Virus record (IMG/VR): IMGVR_UViG_3300007351_000001 | From: a virus | Lineage: Duplodnaviria; Heunggongvirae; Uroviricota; Caudoviricetes | DNA length: 64,000 bases | Strand: one strand, 5' to 3' | Shown: one piece after another, positions 60,729-64,000 of the stretch | How positions within the stretch are numbered: position 1 is the first letter of the stretch | Layout: every line of letters begins with the position of its first letter | Position numbers and translations under genes: made by a program | The notes under the pieces: generated by a model | Databases searched by the model: none | The model's input: only the letters and a program-made list of their open reading frames with translations | What the model was told of the DNA's origin: nothing

Positions 60729-61467
60729 AGCCATCACCACGTTCCGCGTCCAGTCGACGCTGAACCCACGCGTGTGGTCGGGGAAGACGATCAAGCCGGC
60801 CATTCGCAAGCAGCTGCTCGCGATCGCCAAGGACTTCCTCGACGACGACGAGCTACCAGCAATCGGCACACCCGAGATTACGATGACGGGCTCACTCGCC
60901 AACTACAACTGGTCCTCGCAGTCTGATGTCGACCTGCACCTCGTCGCCAAGTTCGACGGCGCCGACGGGGCGTTGAAGCGCCAGGTCTGCCAGCTGAAGT
61001 CGGGCAACTGGAACAAGGCGCACGACATCCAGATCGAGAACTTCCCGGTCGAGCTGTATGTGCAGGACGCGAAAGAGCCGCACTACTCGACTGGCGTCTA
61101 CTCGCTCACGGCCAACAAGTGGATCCGCGAACCGTCACGTGCCGAGTTCGAGAAGGTGATCGACTGGAACAACGTTCACAAGAAGGCCGAGCGCATCATC
61201 ACGCAGATCGACCACGTGGCGGCGCTGGTGAAGCGTGGCGAGTTCAGCGCCGCGCAGATCGAGGCGACGCATGTCCGCGATCGCCTGAAGCGCCAGCGGG
61301 CTGCCGGCCTCGAAGCGGGCGGTGAACTGTCGGTCGAGAATCTAGTGTTCAAGACGCTGCGCCGCTCGGGGGACATCGAGCGGCTCTTGGCGCTCAAGCA
61401 ACAGGCCTACGACTGCTCCAAGTCATTGGCCAGCACATCGTGTGGAAAGGCGGGTGAGGTGGCGTGA
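60691..61467 (+). CDS. Pol-beta-superfamily nucleotidyltransferase
   Basis: GAGGAG SD; ITMTGSLANYNWSSQSDVDLHLV (GS..DxD); PVELYVQD; ENLVFK.LRR.G. Confidence 0.82.
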   Translation: MDLTDQELLESSEAITTFRVQSTLNPRVWSGKTIKPAIRKQLLAIAKDFLDDDELPAIGTPEITMTGSLANYNWSSQSDVDLHLVAKFDGADGALKRQVCQLKSGNWNKAHDIQIENFPVELYVQDAKEPHYSTGVYSLTANKWIREPSRAEFEKVIDWNNVHKKAERIITQIDHVAALVKRGEFSAAQIEATHVRDRLKRQRAAGLEAGGELSVENLVFKTLRRSGDIERLLALKQQAYDCSKSLASTSCGKAGEVA

Positions 61468-61931
61468 CGCGACGGATCGTGATCCCTGGAGACCCTCTCA
61501 ACGAGTTCGACAACGCTGAGGATCTGAAGCGTCTGCGGGATCCAAAGCTCACGCGAGCGCTTGCCGGCCGCGTGCTCTTCCTTGACGACAGCCACACGCG
61601 GTGGAAGACCTTCCGCTCGCTCCACCCACAAGCCGATCGCGTGGAGACTGCGCATGCTGCCGTGCGCGCCTTGGAGCGCTCGGTTGTGCTCGTGCGCCCT
61701 TTCCATGCTGTCTGCCTCGATCACGACCTCGGTGGCGAGCACTTCGTCGACTCGTCGCGCCGCGACTGCGGCATGGAGGTCGTGCGCTACATGGTGAAGA
61801 TGCGCCCGCCGGTCGGCCACGTCATCGTGCACACCAACTTCGCCGAGGCCGGCAAGACCATGCGCCACATGCTACGCGCCGCCGGCTACGACGTCGTGTA
61901 CTGGCCGTTTGGCTGGGACTGGTGCCGCTGA
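61464..61931 (+). CDS. Cyclic-phosphate-processing receiver-like (cREC) domain protein
   Basis: VLFLDD; V.LDHDLGG...; GMEV..Y; V.VHT.N..AG..M...L. Confidence 0.7.
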   Translation: MTRRIVIPGDPLNEFDNAEDLKRLRDPKLTRALAGRVLFLDDSHTRWKTFRSLHPQADRVETAHAAVRALERSVVLVRPFHAVCLDHDLGGEHFVDSSRRDCGMEVVRYMVKMRPPVGHVIVHTNFAEAGKTMRHMLRAAGYDVVYWPFGWDWCR

Positions 61932-62306
61932 GCGCGACGCATCACCGACTCGCGTCATCAGGCTCTCGATCATCTCCTGGTCGTGGATGTTCGCGCCCTG
62001 CGGCATCCCACACGCCCGGCACTCCAGGAACCGGTAGTCACGCCGCCCCTTGTACTTGTGTGGCTTGATGATCGTGTAGCGCTCTGGTTCCTGCAGGAGA
62101 ATCAAGAGCCGCTGCTCGATCGTGCCGCAGGCGGATCCGAAACCGGAGCACGCCACCGTGCGTTTCCCGTCGTCGTAGATGTAGATGTGCAGGAACTCGC
62201 GAGCGAGACTTCCTTCTCCGATGTACCGCATGAGCGCCCACCCGCGTTCGAGCGCGGCGATGAGGTCAGCGGCTGGTGTGGGCAGGCTTGGAGGCATCAC
62301 CGACAC
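61872..62306 (-). CDS. Hypothetical protein (overlaps the cREC gene end)
   Basis: Coupled to the upstream minus-strand gene; C..CG pairs. Confidence 0.45.
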   Translation of the reverse strand: MSVMPPSLPTPAADLIAALERGWALMRYIGEGSLAREFLHIYIYDDGKRTVACSGFGSACGTIEQRLLILLQEPERYTIIKPHKYKGRRDYRFLECRACGMPQGANIHDQEMIESLMTRVGDASRSAAPVPAKRPVHDVVAGGA

Positions 62307-62718
62307 GCGGGGTGAGTTTGGTGATGAAGTACGGCATGCCGCCGGGGAGTATCTCCCACATCGTGCGCTCGCCGGGTAACCACTCGGCCAGCCCCAAGCC
62401 TATCGAGAGGACGCAGAACGCTTCCATCACGCGGTGCTCGCCGGTCCACTGGTCGCCGTCTTTCGTCTGGCAGAGATTCAAGAACGACCAGCCGCCGCCA
62501 GCGGCGTTGTGGAACTCGTCGGGGAGCTGGCGCAGCCAACCCTTCACCTTCTCGCGCTGCGCTTCGAGGCGCTCGGGGTGAAGGCCGAAGTCTCGGACGA
62601 CGCCTTGGACAATGGTCGGTTGCGGCACGCCTCCGTGCGGCGTGCCTTGGGTGTTCAGTTCCTCGGGGCGATACAGGCACTCCCGTATCGCCCCGTCCAC
62701 GTCCTGGGGGTCGATCAT
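62266..62718 (-). CDS. Conserved hypothetical phage protein
   Basis: ATGA overlap; F.LHPERL; GGGWSFLNLC..KDG.QWTGEH; W.ILPGGMPY. Confidence 0.75.
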   Translation of the reverse strand: MIDPQDVDGAIRECLYRPEELNTQGTPHGGVPQPTIVQGVVRDFGLHPERLEAQREKVKGWLRQLPDEFHNAAGGGWSFLNLCQTKDGDQWTGEHRVMEAFCVLSIGLGLAEWLPGERTMWEILPGGMPYFITKLTPRVGDASKPAHTSR

Positions 62719-63935
62719 GCGTCGAGCCGGTCCGCGACGCCGAGCGCCTCGCCCGCCACGACGGTCTTGCCGCCTGCGCCGAGGGTCTTGTCGATCGCGA
62801 TCCCGGCGTACTCCGCGTGCTTGCCCGAGAAGTAGCCGCAGCGACGCAGGGTCACCGCGAGCAACGGGCTCGACACGATTACCCCGTGCACCAGCTCCGG
62901 CGTCGGCTCGTACTCGGCGACCGAGACCGGGCGCGGCTTCACCCAACCCTTGCCCTCGATCCCGTGCCGAGCGCACGCCGCCTCGATGTCCGCGCGCGTG
63001 CAGCGCATGCCTTGCATGACGTCCCACGGACGCGGCACCGCATTCCAGACGTTGGTGTCCGGCTCCAGCCCGCCCGAGCCATGATGGCGGTGCATCGCGA
63101 CGACGTCGGCAGCCATCAGGCGCAGCGCCTTCCCCGGACAGAACTTGTCCAGGACGGTCGCCATGCCCATCGCGTAGAGCGAGCTGATCCAGCCGTCGCG
63201 CGCCTTGGTGAAGGCGCCGGCTGCCTCGTTCCACGTCGAGCTGTCGTTGCCGCGGCTGACCACCAGATTGTGGAAGTCGTACCCCGGATCCTTCGCCAGC
63301 TCGCCCAAGATCTTCGCCGCGCGCTCCATGACGTCGAACCACTCACCGAGCAAGCGGCCCTTCTGCTCGTCGTTCAGCCGCTCGATCACTTCCGGCATCG
63401 GATACACGTGCGCGATCGCGAACCAGTTGGTCGACGGGCTCGCCACGCAGTGCTCCATCAGGCTCTCGCAGACGACGTCGTACGGCCGCGCCTGTGCACC
63501 CCAGGTGAACGCCGAGCGCACGCCGAGCTTGGCGGCGAAGTAGGCGCAGAAGTAGGCCGTGTACGGGTCGGTGAGGTCCGCCACGTCGATGCGCGAAGCG
63601 AGCCGCGACTTCGCGATCTGCGCGAGATCGGTCATGTTGCGCGTGTGCTGCCACTGCGTGAAACGCTCGGCCATGCGCGCCAGGAGACGGAAGCGCTTGT
63701 TGTACGCCCGGTGGCCGCGCGCGAGCCCCTGCGCCTGCCGCTTCTCGCGGTTCAGCCGCCCGTTCAGGAAGTCGCGGTTCTGCGGGTCGAAGTGCAGCGC
63801 CTCGTAGAGCGTGTCGATGTAGTTGCGCACGACCGACGGGTCCGCTGCCGACACCGCCGGCACGGCTGGGAAGAGATCCGCCGCGACTTTGAGCTGGCGT
63901 TCCATGCCGACCGCGCGCCGATAGTCGGTCGACAT
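62715..63935 (-). CDS. Conserved hypothetical protein (406 aa)
   Basis: Long ORF with typical codon usage; RLNR..R......R.YNKRFR; NDSSTWN..AGA..KARD.W. Confidence 0.75.
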   Translation of the reverse strand: MSTDYRRAVGMERQLKVAADLFPAVPAVSAADPSVVRNYIDTLYEALHFDPQNRDFLNGRLNREKRQAQGLARGHRAYNKRFRLLARMAERFTQWQHTRNMTDLAQIAKSRLASRIDVADLTDPYTAYFCAYFAAKLGVRSAFTWGAQARPYDVVCESLMEHCVASPSTNWFAIAHVYPMPEVIERLNDEQKGRLLGEWFDVMERAAKILGELAKDPGYDFHNLVVSRGNDSSTWNEAAGAFTKARDGWISSLYAMGMATVLDKFCPGKALRLMAADVVAMHRHHGSGGLEPDTNVWNAVPRPWDVMQGMRCTRADIEAACARHGIEGKGWVKPRPVSVAEYEPTPELVHGVIVSSPLLAVTLRRCGYFSGKHAEYAGIAIDKTLGAGGKTVVAGEALGVADRLDA

Positions 63936-64000
63936 CGACGAGAAGCTCCACCGCGGCCGAGCGCGCTTTAAGCGGTCAACGGCCCGCTTGTTCAGTGCGA

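Noticed and set aside
60691-61467. Calling the NTase a CCA-adding enzyme
   Set aside because: It lacks class II CCA motifs (GGxVRD, RRD) and only the minimal GS..DxD signature is supported.
1-64000. Prophage integration or mobile-element machinery, introns or inteins; host tailocin/eCIS interpretation
   Set aside because: No integrase, transposase, att repeats or splicing motifs were seen. Interspersed tRNAs, morons and phage hypothetical genes fit a large phage better than a host contractile injection locus.

Overview
High-GC, densely coded segment of a large contractile-tailed (myovirus/jumbo-type) phage genome. The + strand carries an almost complete tail module: gp15-like terminator, neck protein, sheath, tube, assembly chaperone pair with a probable +1 frameshift, tape measure, gp53-like wedge, SLT-fused hub, gp5-like spike, PAAR tip, gp25, gp6/J, gp7/I, gp8-like and a 1965-aa distal tail protein. 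Minus-strand islets carry pyrE, a SpoU-family RNA methyltransferase, a GT-C glycosyltransferase and eight tRNAs; a ninth tRNA (Pro) is on the + strand. Two features stand out. (1) At 4089-5952, seven short, translationally coupled ORFs with unrelated bodies all end in the same 19-20 aa peptide, G[RS][VA]Gx[FY]SxxGPAxx[TS]xxxP-stop, conserved at protein rather than DNA level. (2) At 26020-38971, between hub and spike, seven consecutive genes all encode Sec-type signal peptides with Cys-rich, Thr-Pro-linker, dockerin-like and LamG modules, which is unexpected in a tail operon. No CRISPR array, integrase, transposase or reverse transcriptase was seen. All family assignments come from recalled motifs, not database searches.
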